From positions 2,368,001 through 2,432,000 of the forward strand of contig OZ243961.1 of assembly GCA_965214605.1 (NCBI GenBank): a stretch of DNA of 64,000 nucleotides, given 5' to 3'. The notes under the pieces are model-generated. The model saw nothing but the letters and a program-made list of their open reading frames with translations. It had not been told where the DNA came from and searched no databases. The DNA comes from an uncultured Candidatus Binatia bacterium. GTDB lineage: Bacteria > Desulfobacterota > Binatia > Bin18. This document shows positions 9,463-19,559 of this stretch, one piece after another. The stretch's first letter is position 1. Every line of letters starts with the position of its first letter. A program made the translations under genes and the position numbers.

Positions 9463-10449
9463 CTAATGAGACACAAACTTGATATAGCCGTCCTCTTGGA
9501 GCCGTTCGACCTTGCCGTCGTACATGAGCAGGTGGAGGTGCGAGAGGGTCTCAAACGCGGCAGCCATCAGATGAAAGATGGGGAGGTTCTCTTTGTCGAA
9601 GTCAAAGATATTCATGGCGATGTCGAAAGCCGTGATGGGAGTGCCGTGGGTCTGGTCATGAATTTCCTTGAGCCGATAGACGTGGTGCTGGATGATCTGT
9701 TTGGCCCGGTAGCGGTGGTCCTTGAAATTGCCACCGTGGGCGGGCAGGACTAGCTCGACGCCGAGCTCCTGGATTTTCTCATGTGAATTGATGAAATCCT
9801 TGAGCGGATTTTGTGGCCCGGAGTAGTACACGCCAACGTGGGGGGTGATTTTGGGCAAGAGGTGATCGCCGGCAATCATCACCTTGTCTGTGGGAAAATA
9901 AAAGCAGCAGTGGCCGGGGGTATGACCCGGCGTCCAGACGGCCTGCACCTCGCGGTCTCCGACACACAGGGTGTCTCCGTCTTCAATCGGACGATCCGGT
10001 GTGACGGGGAGATAGCGCGTGCCGAAATGGCTGGCCGGGCTGGGCAGGCCATTTGGAAACTCCTCTAGCGGAATGCCGTGGGCCCGAAAGAACTCCAGCG
10101 CCTCGGGCGAGGGCTGCGTGGACTGCATCCGCTCGACCCGCTGGTTTTCAAGCGGGTTGAGATAGACCTCGGCGCCGGTCATTTCTTTGTAGGGCCGCGA
10201 GGTGCCAAAGTGGTCGGCATGATGGTGGGTACAGATCAGCTTGCGAATGGCCGAAGGCGGACAGCCGACCTGAGCGATGGCCGATTTGAGGGTGGCCACA
10301 CTCTCTTCCGTGTGCATACCGGTGTCAAACAGCGCCCATTCGTCCTGGTCGCGGACGAGGTGAATATTGACAATGCTGGGCCGCATCGGCAGCGGCATAT
10401 GGATTTGATAGATCCCCGCAGCAACTTCGCGAATCTTGGCTTCTGGCAT
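9463..10449 (-). CDS. MBL-fold metallo-hydrolase
   Basis: THHHADH, TPGHTPGH, GDH and PAHG. Start reassigned to MPEAKI at 10449, just after the dodecin stop. Confidence 0.92.
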   Translation of the reverse strand: MPEAKIREVAAGIYQIHMPLPMRPSIVNIHLVRDQDEWALFDTGMHTEESVATLKSAIAQVGCPPSAIRKLICTHHHADHFGTSRPYKEMTGAEVYLNPLENQRVERMQSTQPSPEALEFFRAHGIPLEEFPNGLPSPASHFGTRYLPVTPDRPIEDGDTLCVGDREVQAVWTPGHTPGHCCFYFPTDKVMIAGDHLLPKITPHVGVYYSGPQNPLKDFINSHEKIQELGVELVLPAHGGNFKDHRYRAKQIIQHHVYRLKEIHDQTHGTPITAFDIAMNIFDFDKENLPIFHLMAAAFETLSHLHLLMYDGKVERLQEDGYIKFVSH

Positions 10450-10453
10450 GGAT

Positions 10454-10666
10454 TTACTCATGGACGCGATCTTTGACCGGGAAGGTCGCCTTGATTTTGA
10501 CTTTCCACAGCGCGATGTCTCCGTTCTCAACAACCGCTTTGATATCGGTTACTGCCACTTCCTGAATACCACTAATTGTGACGGCCGCGCGGGAGACCGC
10601 CAGCGAGACCGCATCCTCAAGCCCGACTTTTGAGTTGCCGGTGAGTTCTATTGTCTTCTCAACCAT
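10454..10666 (-). CDS. Dodecin family (flavin-binding) protein
   Basis: KTIELTGNS...EDAV...RAAVTI...WKVKIKATF, 70 aa. AAGGAGG RBS before the ATG at 10666. Confidence 0.85.
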   Translation of the reverse strand: MVEKTIELTGNSKVGLEDAVSLAVSRAAVTISGIQEVAVTDIKAVVENGDIALWKVKIKATFPVKDRVHE

Positions 10667-10705
10667 TGTCAAACCTCCTTGGTTAGAACACAGCAGGGCG
10701 GGAAT

Positions 10706-11350
10706 CTAGCGTTCAATGGACGCAGGATCGGGTGAGGGTGAGTCGAGCGCGGCAGGCACCGGCAGCGTATCCGGCGAACCTGACAGATGGACATAGATGA
10801 CCTGCCTGGCACGGGTCAGGAGCCCGCGCAGCGTATCGGCATTCTCCGGCTCAACAATCTGCTGGACCAAAACGCCGCTCAGCGTGGCCATAATGAGCGC
10901 TGCGTCTTCGGTCGGTTTTACGCGAGTGGTAAAGTGTCCGGTCTCCCGACCACGCTCAAGAATGGTGGCCAGCAGGCCCCGGTAGACTCGGTAGAGGCTG
11001 CTCACGTGGGCCACCAGATCTTTGGAGTTTTCTTCTTCACGCACGACTTGACCGAGCATGAATTTCACCGAATTCGCGTTTTCGGCAATGAACTGCGAGT
11101 AATCGGTAATCAGCTTCTCCAGCTGTTGTCGAGCGTTGAGGCCGAGCAGTGTATTTTCGTCAATCGCGTAGGGGGCGAGAAAGTGTTGCAGGGCGGTCCG
11201 AAACAGCTGCTTTTTGGTCTCGAAATACCACAGAATGAGCGCTTTACTGACCTGGGCTTCCCGAGCAACCTGGGCCAATGAAGTATCGGCATAGCCCTGG
11301 GTGGCAAACAGCTGGCCTGCTGTTTTCAGTATTCTTTCGCGTGTCGCCAC
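10706..11350 (-). CDS. TetR/AcrR family regulator
   Basis: RERILKTAGQLFATQGYADTSLAQVAREAQVSKALILWYFETK N-terminal HTH. Confidence 0.92.
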   Translation of the reverse strand: MATRERILKTAGQLFATQGYADTSLAQVAREAQVSKALILWYFETKKQLFRTALQHFLAPYAIDENTLLGLNARQQLEKLITDYSQFIAENANSVKFMLGQVVREEENSKDLVAHVSSLYRVYRGLLATILERGRETGHFTTRVKPTEDAALIMATLSGVLVQQIVEPENADTLRGLLTRARQVIYVHLSGSPDTLPVPAALDSPSPDPASIER

Positions 11351-11356
11351 GCTTGC

Positions 11357-11385
11357 AGCGTATGGAAAATGCTTTCCACTGTCAA
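11357..11385 (-). promoter_or_regulatory. Sigma-70 promoter with a palindromic operator in the spacer (probable TetR autoregulation)
   Basis: Minus strand TTGACA-N17-TACGCT. The spacer holds TGGAAA-GCAT-TTTCCA (11363-11378). The GTG start follows 6 nt after the -10. Confidence 0.7.
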
Positions 11386-11453
11386 CGAGAAAGAGCTGCC
11401 CCGGGGCGAGCCGATCCGGGGCCGATCAGCTCGCAGAAGAGGACGGCCACCGC

Positions 11454-14081
11454 TTAGGCGGCCGCCGGCGCTTGTGTCTGAGAGGAGAAGCTGAGACGGT
11501 TTCCGTCCCAATCCACCACAACACGATCGTGCTCTCTGATTTCGTCGGCCAGCAGCTTGCGTCCCAGCTGCGTTTCGATCTCCTTTTGCAACAGCCGCTT
11601 GAGCGGCCGCGCTCCGTAGCTCGGATCATAGCCGGTCTGGGCAAAGTAGTCCTTGGCCTGCTCGGTCAGGGTAAGGCTGATGTGGCGCTCAGCAAGGCGA
11701 GTCCGCAGCCGTTCGAGCTGAATATCGACGATCGCTTTCAAGTCTTCCCGCGACAGGCTATGGAAGACGACCGTCTCATCAACCCGGTTGAGGAATTCCG
11801 GCCGGAACTGTTGGCGCAGGGCGTCGAGCACCTCACGCCGCATGTGGTCATAGGTGGTCGGATCACTCCCGCCCCGATGGCCTAGAATGTGCTGGCTGCC
11901 GACATTCGAGGTCATAATCACAACGCAGTTTTTGAAATCCACAGTCCGGCCATGACCGTCGGTCAGCCGTCCATCGTCCAGGATCTGCAACAGCGCGTTG
12001 AACACGTCGGGGTGGGCCTTTTCGATCTCGTCAAACAGGATGACCGCATACGGACGTCGCCGCACCGCTTCGGTTAGTTGGCCGCCCTCGTCATAGCCGA
12101 CATAGCCCGGAGGCGCGCCGATCAAACGGGCCACGGTGTGCTTCTCCATATACTCGGACATATCAAGGCGGATCATGTTGTTTTCGTCGTCAAACAAAAA
12201 CTCGGCCAACGCCCGTCCCAGCTCGGTTTTGCCGACCCCGGTCGGACCCAGAAAGATAAACGAACCGATCGGACGGTTGGGATCTTTTAGCCCTGAGCGG
12301 GCGCGGATCACCGCGTCGGCCACCGCCTGGACGGCCTCTTCCTGACCGATCAGGCGTTTGTGGATGTGGTCCCCTAAGCGGAGCAATTTTTCCCGTTCGC
12401 CTTCGAGCAGCTTGGCGATCGGAATCCCTGTCCAGCGCGAGACGACCGCGGCCACATCGTCTTCGTCAACTTCTTCTTTCAGCAGACGCGTCCCCCCCTG
12501 ACCGTCCTGGAGGCGGCCCTCTTCGTCCGCCAACTCGCGCTCGAGCTGGGCCAGTTGTCCGTAGCGCAGCTCGGCCACCCGGTTGAGGTCATACTCGCGT
12601 TCGGCTTGTTCGATGTGAAGCCGAGTTTTCTCGATCTCTTCCTTGAGTTCGCGCAGCCGTCCAATAGCGCTCTTTTCCCTTTCCCAGTGGGCGCGGAGCT
12701 GGTCGGCCTCGGCCCGACAATCGGCCAGCTCTTTTTCAAGCGCGTTGAGTCGCTCGCGCGAGCCCTGGTCGGTTTCTTTGCGCAGGGCCTCCCGTTCAAT
12801 CTCAAGCTGCATCACCCTGCGTGAAACCTCGTCTAGCTCGGTTGGCATCGAGTCGATCTCGGTGCGCAGTTTTGCCGCGGCCTCGTCAATCAGATCGATC
12901 GCCTTATCGGGCAGGAAGCGGTCGCTGATATAGCGGTGTGACAGCACCGCGGCGCTGACGAGGGCGGCGTCTTTAATCCGGACGCCGTGGTGGACTTCGT
13001 ACCGCTCGCGCAGACCGCGTAAAATCGAGATGGTGTCGGCCACCGTCGGTTGGTCAACCACGACCGGCTGGAAGCGGCGCTCCAAGGCTCGGTCTTTCTC
13101 AATATATTTGCTGTACTCGTCCAAGGTGGTGGCGCCGATGCAGTGCAGCTCGCCTCGCGCCAGCATGGGTTTCAGCAGATTGGAGGCGTCCATTGCGCCC
13201 TCTGCGCCGCCCGCCCCGACCACGGTGTGGAGCTCGTCGATGAACAGCACGACGGCGCCCTCCGACTCTTGGACTTCTTTGAGGACGGCTTTGAGGCGTT
13301 CCTCGAACTCGCCCCGGAACTTTGCCCCGGCAATCAGCGCGCCCATATCGAGCACGATCAGCTTTTTGTTTTTCAGGCTTTCGGGAACATCGCCCCGAAC
13401 AATCCGTTGGGCGAGGCCCTCGACAAGGGCCGTTTTCCCGACACCCGGATCACCGATTAAGACCGGGTTGTTCTTTGTCCGTCGTGACAAGACCTGCACG
13501 ACCCGCCGAATTTCCTCATCGCGTCCGATGACAGGGTCTAGCTTCCCCTGGTCGGCCAGCTGGGTGAGATCGCGGCCATAGCGTTCAAGGGCTTGGTAGG
13601 TCGTCTCCGGATTTTGACTCGTCACCCGTTGATGGCCCCGCACCTTCCGGAGTGCCGCCATCAGCGAGTCACGGCTGAGGCCCAGGGAGCGCAGAAGACG
13701 GCCTGCCGCCGCGCGCGTATCGGTCAGCATCGCCAGCAGCAAATGCTCCACGCTCACATAGTCGTCCTTAAGCCCTGCGGCCTCGTCTTGGGCCTGGGTC
13801 AACAGCTGAGCCAGACGCGGGGTGATATGCACGGCTTGACGATCCATGCCCGGGCTGGACACCTGGGGAATTTTGCGTAGCTCCTGTTCCAAGCCGTCCC
13901 TGACCGCGCTGGGTGCAATACCGGCCGCCGCCAGCAGGGCTGCGGCTAATCCGTCTTGTTGCTCGACGAGTGTGGCCAGCAGGTGTTCGACGTCGAGGCC
14001 CTGATGGTGGCGACGGATGGCGAGTGCTTGCGCCTCGTGAAGTGCTTCTTGAGATTTTTCGGTAAAACGATTGAGATCCAT
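11454..14081 (-). CDS. clpB: ATP-dependent chaperone ClpB
   Basis: Two AAA+ modules ([16 protein letters not shown]), a coiled-coil M domain, [14 protein letters not shown] and GARPLKR. Start MDLNRF at 14081 with a GGAGG RBS. Confidence 0.98.
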   Translation of the reverse strand: MDLNRFTEKSQEALHEAQALAIRRHHQGLDVEHLLATLVEQQDGLAAALLAAAGIAPSAVRDGLEQELRKIPQVSSPGMDRQAVHITPRLAQLLTQAQDEAAGLKDDYVSVEHLLLAMLTDTRAAAGRLLRSLGLSRDSLMAALRKVRGHQRVTSQNPETTYQALERYGRDLTQLADQGKLDPVIGRDEEIRRVVQVLSRRTKNNPVLIGDPGVGKTALVEGLAQRIVRGDVPESLKNKKLIVLDMGALIAGAKFRGEFEERLKAVLKEVQESEGAVVLFIDELHTVVGAGGAEGAMDASNLLKPMLARGELHCIGATTLDEYSKYIEKDRALERRFQPVVVDQPTVADTISILRGLRERYEVHHGVRIKDAALVSAAVLSHRYISDRFLPDKAIDLIDEAAAKLRTEIDSMPTELDEVSRRVMQLEIEREALRKETDQGSRERLNALEKELADCRAEADQLRAHWEREKSAIGRLRELKEEIEKTRLHIEQAEREYDLNRVAELRYGQLAQLERELADEEGRLQDGQGGTRLLKEEVDEDDVAAVVSRWTGIPIAKLLEGEREKLLRLGDHIHKRLIGQEEAVQAVADAVIRARSGLKDPNRPIGSFIFLGPTGVGKTELGRALAEFLFDDENNMIRLDMSEYMEKHTVARLIGAPPGYVGYDEGGQLTEAVRRRPYAVILFDEIEKAHPDVFNALLQILDDGRLTDGHGRTVDFKNCVVIMTSNVGSQHILGHRGGSDPTTYDHMRREVLDALRQQFRPEFLNRVDETVVFHSLSREDLKAIVDIQLERLRTRLAERHISLTLTEQAKDYFAQTGYDPSYGARPLKRLLQKEIETQLGRKLLADEIREHDRVVVDWDGNRLSFSSQTQAPAAA

Positions 14082-14126
14082 AATTGTCCTCCCTCCACGC
14101 GGGCCAGCCGGCCCGTCCCTGTTCAA

Positions 14127-14154
14127 AAACTAAGGCGGGTTGGAGGGATGTCAA
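14127..14154 (-). promoter_or_regulatory. Putative sigma-70 promoter of clpB
   Basis: Minus strand TTGACA-N16-TAGTTT. Confidence 0.4.
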
Positions 14155-14248
14155 GGAAGAAGAGGAACTGAGAGTGATGCGCGGGGCCGAGAGCGAACGA
14201 AGAACCGGCTCAGGCCGTGCCCAGCCGAAAAGCGGGCCAATTGAGCGG

Positions 14249-15160
14249 CTAGGTCAGATAGGTATTAAAGCGCTCATTGACTTCTTGCTGGATATAAAAC
14301 ACCGCTTTGCCGATCTGATCAGCGGTCCAGGTGATGCATGGAAAGTCAGGATAGGTCGTATAGCCGCCCGAGAAGACCTCATTGCGGTTGCCGTTGGGAC
14401 CAAAGAAATAGATCGTTGTCCCCCGGGTAATTCCGTGACGGGTCGGTCCCATATCAATTTTGAGATTATTACGCGACAGCGTGTCGCCGGCCCGTAGAAT
14501 ATCGTTCCAGCTGTCAAGCCAAAAGGCATAGTGGTGGAGCTTGCCGTTGGGACCTCTGACAAAGGCGATATCGTGTGCTTTGTTCGAACAGAATAGAAAA
14601 GCCGCCAGCAGTTCATCGCTGTGCTGGTCCGGGACAATCCGCTCGCTCATCCGAAAGCCCAGCGCCTGGGTGAAAAAATCAACGTTGGTCTGGACGTCTT
14701 CGGCCGTCAGCAGCAGATGGTCAAGGCGGGACGGAGCGATATCCGTCTGTTGGCTCGGCCAGGGGGCGGGGTTGAGCACGCCAACGCTGGTGCCCAGCTG
14801 CTGGGCTTCGGCGTACAGTTCCAGCACGTGATCCGAGGGCAGGGTACATCGCAGCGCCTCCCCCTGGCCCAGATTTTCTCCCTTTGAGACCCGCTTGACG
14901 CTCAGGCCAAAGGTGTGGGCGGCGTGTTCTATACGCGCGAGGTCGTCTGGGCTCTCGACCTTATAGCCCATTTTGATCAGCCCTAAGCCGCCGTTTTCAA
15001 TAACGACACTGTGGTGGTCGTACTCGTCCCAGCACTTAAAGTAGCGCTTGCCGTCCTGACGGGTGACCTCTTGGAGACCCAGCACCTGCGTATAGTATTG
15101 ACTGGCTTTCTCAAGATCGGTTTCGCGTACATGAACAAACCCCAGTCGCATAACACCCAT
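14249..15160 (-). CDS. xylE: Catechol 2,3-dioxygenase (type I extradiol)
   Basis: MGVMRLGFVH, KCWDEYDHHS, RLDHLLL, HDIAF, LHHYAF and GPTRHGITRGTTIYFFGPNGNRNEVF. Confidence 0.93.
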   Translation of the reverse strand: MGVMRLGFVHVRETDLEKASQYYTQVLGLQEVTRQDGKRYFKCWDEYDHHSVVIENGGLGLIKMGYKVESPDDLARIEHAAHTFGLSVKRVSKGENLGQGEALRCTLPSDHVLELYAEAQQLGTSVGVLNPAPWPSQQTDIAPSRLDHLLLTAEDVQTNVDFFTQALGFRMSERIVPDQHSDELLAAFLFCSNKAHDIAFVRGPNGKLHHYAFWLDSWNDILRAGDTLSRNNLKIDMGPTRHGITRGTTIYFFGPNGNRNEVFSGGYTTYPDFPCITWTADQIGKAVFYIQQEVNERFNTYLT

Positions 15161-15283
15161 GGTACATCCCTCCGGTGCGGTGATAGTGTGAGGTATAGCA
15201 GGAAAGCGACCAGGGAGAAATGTGGTGTGGATTCTTCGCCTGGGTCGTTGTTGTCTCAGTCTGGAATAGCTAAGGTCCGGCCT

Positions 15284-15628
15284 ATGAAATGCCGCTACTG
15301 CCACGATCGTGCCGGTTTTCGCCGAGTGTGTGTCGACTGCCGTCGATTACTGGCAATCTATACCCAGCACCAGGGCCGACTCGGCTTGCTCCAATTCTTG
15401 GATCTGTTCATTGACACGGGTCTGTCCCAGGAGAAGATTGAAGCGTTTATGAATGCTGATCCCACCGGTCAGGGGAGCATCAAAGATCGGATCACGGCCG
15501 ACATGAGTACCGAACTGCTGGGAGCGATGGGGGTCAACACGCGGCAAACCGCCCACGACGTCAAGCGGCTACGGAACCAGGGCAACTGGCAGAGCATGGA
15601 TGAACGCCCTGAGGAGGGCAAAAAATGA
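15284..15628 (+). CDS. Hypothetical protein with an N-terminal Zn-ribbon
   Basis: MKCRYC...VCVDC (two CxxC). The upstream part of the track ORF is antisense to xylE. Confidence 0.7.
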   Translation: MKCRYCHDRAGFRRVCVDCRRLLAIYTQHQGRLGLLQFLDLFIDTGLSQEKIEAFMNADPTGQGSIKDRITADMSTELLGAMGVNTRQTAHDVKRLRNQGNWQSMDERPEEGKK

Positions 15629-15661
15629 GGCACGCTGATGAACGGCTGGCCAGATGAGAGC

Positions 15662-16045
15662 TTAGACGCTTCGGTGCAACAGTTTGCGGATCAGCTTGCG
15701 GCCGTAGAAACGGCTGGCGCCGAGCGAGAATGAACGCCGCTTAGCCAGATCAAGACGAATCATCTTCCACTCGATTTCTTTGACCAGGGCCTTGCGCTGC
15801 CCGTCTTCCTCAACGTATTTCAGCAGATCTTGCAGGCTGTTGATCTCTTTGTGGAGAGCGGCTTCGAGCGGCAGGACGTGGGCGTTTTTCAGAATATGAT
15901 AGGCGAGGCGCAGGTCTTCCGGCACCCCACTCAGGTCTTGGGACTGCAGAGGTTTGCCCTTGCCGGGCAAGTTGTCAAACACGCCCCGTTGTTGGGCGTC
16001 ATGAATACGCTTCTCAGCAATCCGGCTAAAAAAGGAGGACGCCAC
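15662..16045 (-). CDS. DUF1992 (DnaJ-C28 conserved domain) protein
   Basis: IAEKRIHDAQQRGVFDNLPGKGKPL...LAYHILKNAHVLP. The GTG at 16045 is preferred because TTGACA-N18-TATGCT overlaps the ATG at 16069. Confidence 0.88.
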   Translation of the reverse strand: MASSFFSRIAEKRIHDAQQRGVFDNLPGKGKPLQSQDLSGVPEDLRLAYHILKNAHVLPLEAALHKEINSLQDLLKYVEEDGQRKALVKEIEWKMIRLDLAKRRSFSLGASRFYGRKLIRKLLHRSV

Positions 16046-16161
16046 GCCGTTTCCTCTGCCGCTGAGCATAGTGGGCCGCGTTTGGAATTGTCAACTCGTC
16101 TTGATTCCTCCAGCCCTGCGGGGCTATGAAAGGGAGCACATTTCAGGAGCAGGAGGACAGT

Positions 16162-17076
16162 ATGGCAGAAATTGAATTTGGCACCGCGCTACCGGGAACG
16201 GATGGAACCGCGGAATTTGCCCGACGGGTGGAAGAGCTGGGGTTTGACTATTTGGGCTGTGGCGAGCATGTGATGTTCCACGGACCCGTCGGAAATACCT
16301 TTATCTCGCTGTCGGTGGCGGCTGGAGCAACCCAAAAGATCAAATTGATCAGCTCAATTGTGTTGCTGCCGCTGTATCCAGCGGCTCTGGTAGCCAAGAT
16401 GGGCTCGGCCCTCGATGTGGCTTCCAACGGGCGCTACCATTTTGGAGTTGGCATTGGCGGCGAATTTCCCAAGGAGTTCGAGGCCTGCGGGGTCCCGGTC
16501 AAGCAGCGCGGCTCGCGGACAAATGAAGCCCTGGAAGTGGTCACCCGCTTATGGACTGAGAAAAAGGTGTCTTTTGCCGGCAGGTATACGACGCTGAACG
16601 AGGTCACGATTGAGCCCGCTCCGGTTCAAAAACCGCGGCCGCCGATTTGGGTTGCCGGCCGCAAAGATCCGGCCATGCAGCGTACCGCCAAGTACGCTGA
16701 TGGTTGGCTGCCGTATATGTATACGCCCCAGCAACTGCACGACAGCATTGAGAAAATTAAAGCCTACCGCAAAGAGGCGGGCCGCGATGTCGAGTCCTTT
16801 ATCCCCGGCGTCTTCATCTTTACCGCCACACACGCCAACGGCGACACCGGCCGCGAGATGGTCGCCACCCGGCTCGGCAGACAGTACGCCCAGGATTTCT
16901 CAAAGCTGGCCGGAAAATACGCCCTGGCCGGTACACCCGATGACTGCCGTAAGCGCTTACAGGAGTACATCGACGCCGGGGCAAAAATGGTCATGCTGCC
17001 GTCGGCCTGCCCCGCCGATTATATTGAGGAGAACACGCGGCTTATCGCCCAGGAGATTATTCCGGCGTTTCGATAA
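16162..17076 (+). CDS. LLM-class flavin/F420-dependent oxidoreductase
   Basis: GEHVMF, LDVASNGRYHFGVGIG, PRPPIWVAG and ADGWLP. AGGAGG RBS. Confidence 0.93.
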   Translation: MAEIEFGTALPGTDGTAEFARRVEELGFDYLGCGEHVMFHGPVGNTFISLSVAAGATQKIKLISSIVLLPLYPAALVAKMGSALDVASNGRYHFGVGIGGEFPKEFEACGVPVKQRGSRTNEALEVVTRLWTEKKVSFAGRYTTLNEVTIEPAPVQKPRPPIWVAGRKDPAMQRTAKYADGWLPYMYTPQQLHDSIEKIKAYRKEAGRDVESFIPGVFIFTATHANGDTGREMVATRLGRQYAQDFSKLAGKYALAGTPDDCRKRLQEYIDAGAKMVMLPSACPADYIEENTRLIAQEIIPAFR

Positions 17077-17346
17077 TCAGTTCTCAGATTTGCCCCGAGT
17101 GTCGTCAGCCTGACACTCGGCACTACAGAACGCACGCGTCTTGCTGCGTACCGACACCCGAAGGGCTTGAGGCTCGGGGATGAATTTCCCACACTGCGTG
17201 CACTGGACCAGCGGTGTCCCGGTTGTTTCTAGCGGGTCTTTCCGATCGTGAGATATCCGATCGGTCGAACCGAAGAGGCTGCCTACCCCACGGTAGATGA
17301 GGTACACAGCCCCTGCAACAATCAGGAGGCGAAGCAACCCTCCCAT
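17077..17346 (-). CDS. Small membrane-anchored metal-binding protein (PP0621/TRASH-like)
   Basis: N-terminal TM helix, then LVQCTQCGKFIP...FCSAEC. Confidence 0.75.
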   Translation of the reverse strand: MGGLLRLLIVAGAVYLIYRGVGSLFGSTDRISHDRKDPLETTGTPLVQCTQCGKFIPEPQALRVSVRSKTRAFCSAECQADDTRGKSEN

Positions 17347-17348
17347 TT

Positions 17349-18302
17349 TCAGCCTTCGCGTGAGTCCTGCTGAGAGCCTGGCTCGGGCTGGCCATTGCCC
17401 GCGCTGCTCTCCTGCACCACCGGTATCTCATTCTCTTGGTTATAATCGCTGCCTGGGCTCTGCAAGTAGTTGAGCAGTTCCGAGCTGGCCGGCAGCACCA
17501 GGGTGGTGCCGGGGGTCAGAATCCTCTCATAGGTCTGCAAACGCCGGGTAAAGGCGTAGAACTCTTCGTCTTGACCAAATGCGTTCGCGTAGATTTGAGT
17601 CGCCTCGGCGTCGCCCTCGCCCTTGAGCTTTTCGCTCACTTCGTAGGCGGTAGCCAGGATGACTTCGCGCTCACGTTCCGCCCCGGCCCGCACCTCGCGA
17701 GCCTTTTCTTCGCCTTCGGCCCGATAGCGTTTGGCAATCCGCTCCCGTTCGGCCCGCATGCGGGCAAAGACGCTGGCCTGAACTTCTTTGGGCAGGTCGA
17801 GACGTTTGATCCGCACGTCGCGGACCTCAATACCAAACGACTTTGAGGTTTCGATGGTGTCTTTGGTCACCACCTGCATAATATTTTCCCGCTCTGCTCG
17901 AATCACGTCCAGAAAATTATGCTTGGCGATCTCTTGCCGCAGACGGGCGGAGATAATCGCGTCGAGACGGGTCCGGGCTTGCTGTGGATTACGCACGCTG
18001 CGGTAGAACTCAAGCGGGTGTTCGATCCGCCAGCGAGAAACGTGATCGATCAATACCCGCTTTTTGTCGAGCGTGAGATACTCCGCCGGGCGGGCATCGG
18101 TTGTCAAGACTCGCTTATCGAACCGAATCAGCCGGTGCATGAAGGGGATTTTGAAATACAGTCCAGGGTCGCGTAAGGTCCGTTGCCACTGGCCGAACTG
18201 GAGGATAATCCCCTGCTCCCACTCGCCAACGGTGAAGGCAGGCTGCAAGATAGCAAAGGCAAAAACAACGACTAAACTGAGACCAACCAGCAGGCGTACC
18301 AT
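17349..18302 (-). CDS. hflC: FtsH protease modulator HflC
   Basis: SPFH domain, YLTLDKKRVLID, DVRIKRLDLP, RMRAERER and EFYAFTRRLQTY. Confidence 0.95.
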   Translation of the reverse strand: MVRLLVGLSLVVVFAFAILQPAFTVGEWEQGIILQFGQWQRTLRDPGLYFKIPFMHRLIRFDKRVLTTDARPAEYLTLDKKRVLIDHVSRWRIEHPLEFYRSVRNPQQARTRLDAIISARLRQEIAKHNFLDVIRAERENIMQVVTKDTIETSKSFGIEVRDVRIKRLDLPKEVQASVFARMRAERERIAKRYRAEGEEKAREVRAGAEREREVILATAYEVSEKLKGEGDAEATQIYANAFGQDEEFYAFTRRLQTYERILTPGTTLVLPASSELLNYLQSPGSDYNQENEIPVVQESSAGNGQPEPGSQQDSREG

Positions 18303-18317
18303 AGTGTCCCTCCTTCG

Positions 18318-19394
18318 TTAGTTATTCGGCACGGCCTGAGCCGCCCCTCCAGCCGCCGCCATGCCTCCTCCCAACTCTTTGAGGGGTAAGAGGGGCACGA
18401 CGCTGCTGTTGTTGTCCGCGTCGAGAATAATTTTTTCCACATCGGGCATAATCCGCTCAACGCTTTCCAAGTACAGACGGTCTCGGGTGACCTTTTTGGC
18501 CTTTTTATACTCGCCCAAGATCTGCAGGAAGCGATCGGCATCCCCCTGAGCGCGGATGACCCGCTGGGCTTTGTAGGCCTCGGCCTGTTGGAATACTTGG
18601 GCGGCATCCCCTCGGGCTTTGGGCACGACATCTTCTCGGTAGCCCTCGGCCTCCTTGATGAGACGGTCGCGGTCTTCCAGCGCCCGGACCACGTCATGAA
18701 ACGCATCTTGGACCTCGCTCGGCGGATCGACGGCCAGCAGTCTGGCTTCCGTCACATACAGCCCGGTCTGATAGGCGTCGAGCAACTCCTGCAGAGCAAC
18801 CCGGGCCTGTTCCTGGACCTCTAGGCGGCCGTCGGTCATGGTGTGGTCAATGGTGTTGCTGCCGACCGCGCTGCGGAGGGCAACCTCTGCCGAGGAGTGT
18901 AAAATGCCCTCTGGGTCGGAAGCTCCGAACAGAAATTTGACCGGATCGTTGACCAAATATTGCACAAAGAGCTGAAGCTGGACGATGTTTTCATCTCCGG
19001 TCAACATCAAGGCTTCTTCGGGGCGGGCGTCGGCCTGACCGCGTATGCTCCGGCCCGGTACGCCGCGTGTCCGAAAACCGACCTCGGCATTGCGAATCTG
19101 TTTGACATCGACCACCGCATAACGCTGGATCGGCCACCAATGCCAGCGCAAGCCGGGCTCGGTCAGTTCCGACACCCGCCCGAACAACAGCTCAACGCCC
19201 TGTTCTCCCGGGCCGACGATGTATAGCCCAACATAGCACCACAGAGCCAGGACGAGGACGCCGAGCAGGCTGAAGATTCCCCAGCTCCCCTTAAATCCCG
19301 TCAACCGTTGCGCTTTTCTTTTGAGCTCTTCGACGGCTTGGAAGAGCTCATCAGCCGGTGACGGGCCGTCTTGATTTCGCCATTGATCTGACAC
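18318..19394 (-). CDS. hflK: FtsH protease modulator HflK
   Basis: MLTGDENIV, VDPPSEVQDAFHDV, PKARGDA and VTRDRLYLE. Confidence 0.95.
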   Translation of the reverse strand: MSDQWRNQDGPSPADELFQAVEELKRKAQRLTGFKGSWGIFSLLGVLVLALWCYVGLYIVGPGEQGVELLFGRVSELTEPGLRWHWWPIQRYAVVDVKQIRNAEVGFRTRGVPGRSIRGQADARPEEALMLTGDENIVQLQLFVQYLVNDPVKFLFGASDPEGILHSSAEVALRSAVGSNTIDHTMTDGRLEVQEQARVALQELLDAYQTGLYVTEARLLAVDPPSEVQDAFHDVVRALEDRDRLIKEAEGYREDVVPKARGDAAQVFQQAEAYKAQRVIRAQGDADRFLQILGEYKKAKKVTRDRLYLESVERIMPDVEKIILDADNNSSVVPLLPLKELGGGMAAAGGAAQAVPNN

Positions 19395-19559
19395 GATTGG
19401 CCTCCTTCCGCTGAGGGGAATAGGAAAAATATCTCTACTACTCTACTCTATCTCCTTTGCCAACTCTAGTGTTAGTTGATTGGCTGGACACGGGAGACAG
19501 CCGCGAGGTATTGTTCCAGCCATACCTGCGCACAAGTATGAGGGAAGAAGGAGGAAGCC

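Noticed and set aside
14082-14248. CIRCE/HrcA operator upstream of clpB
   Set aside because: No TTAGCACTC-N9-GAGTGCTAA is present.
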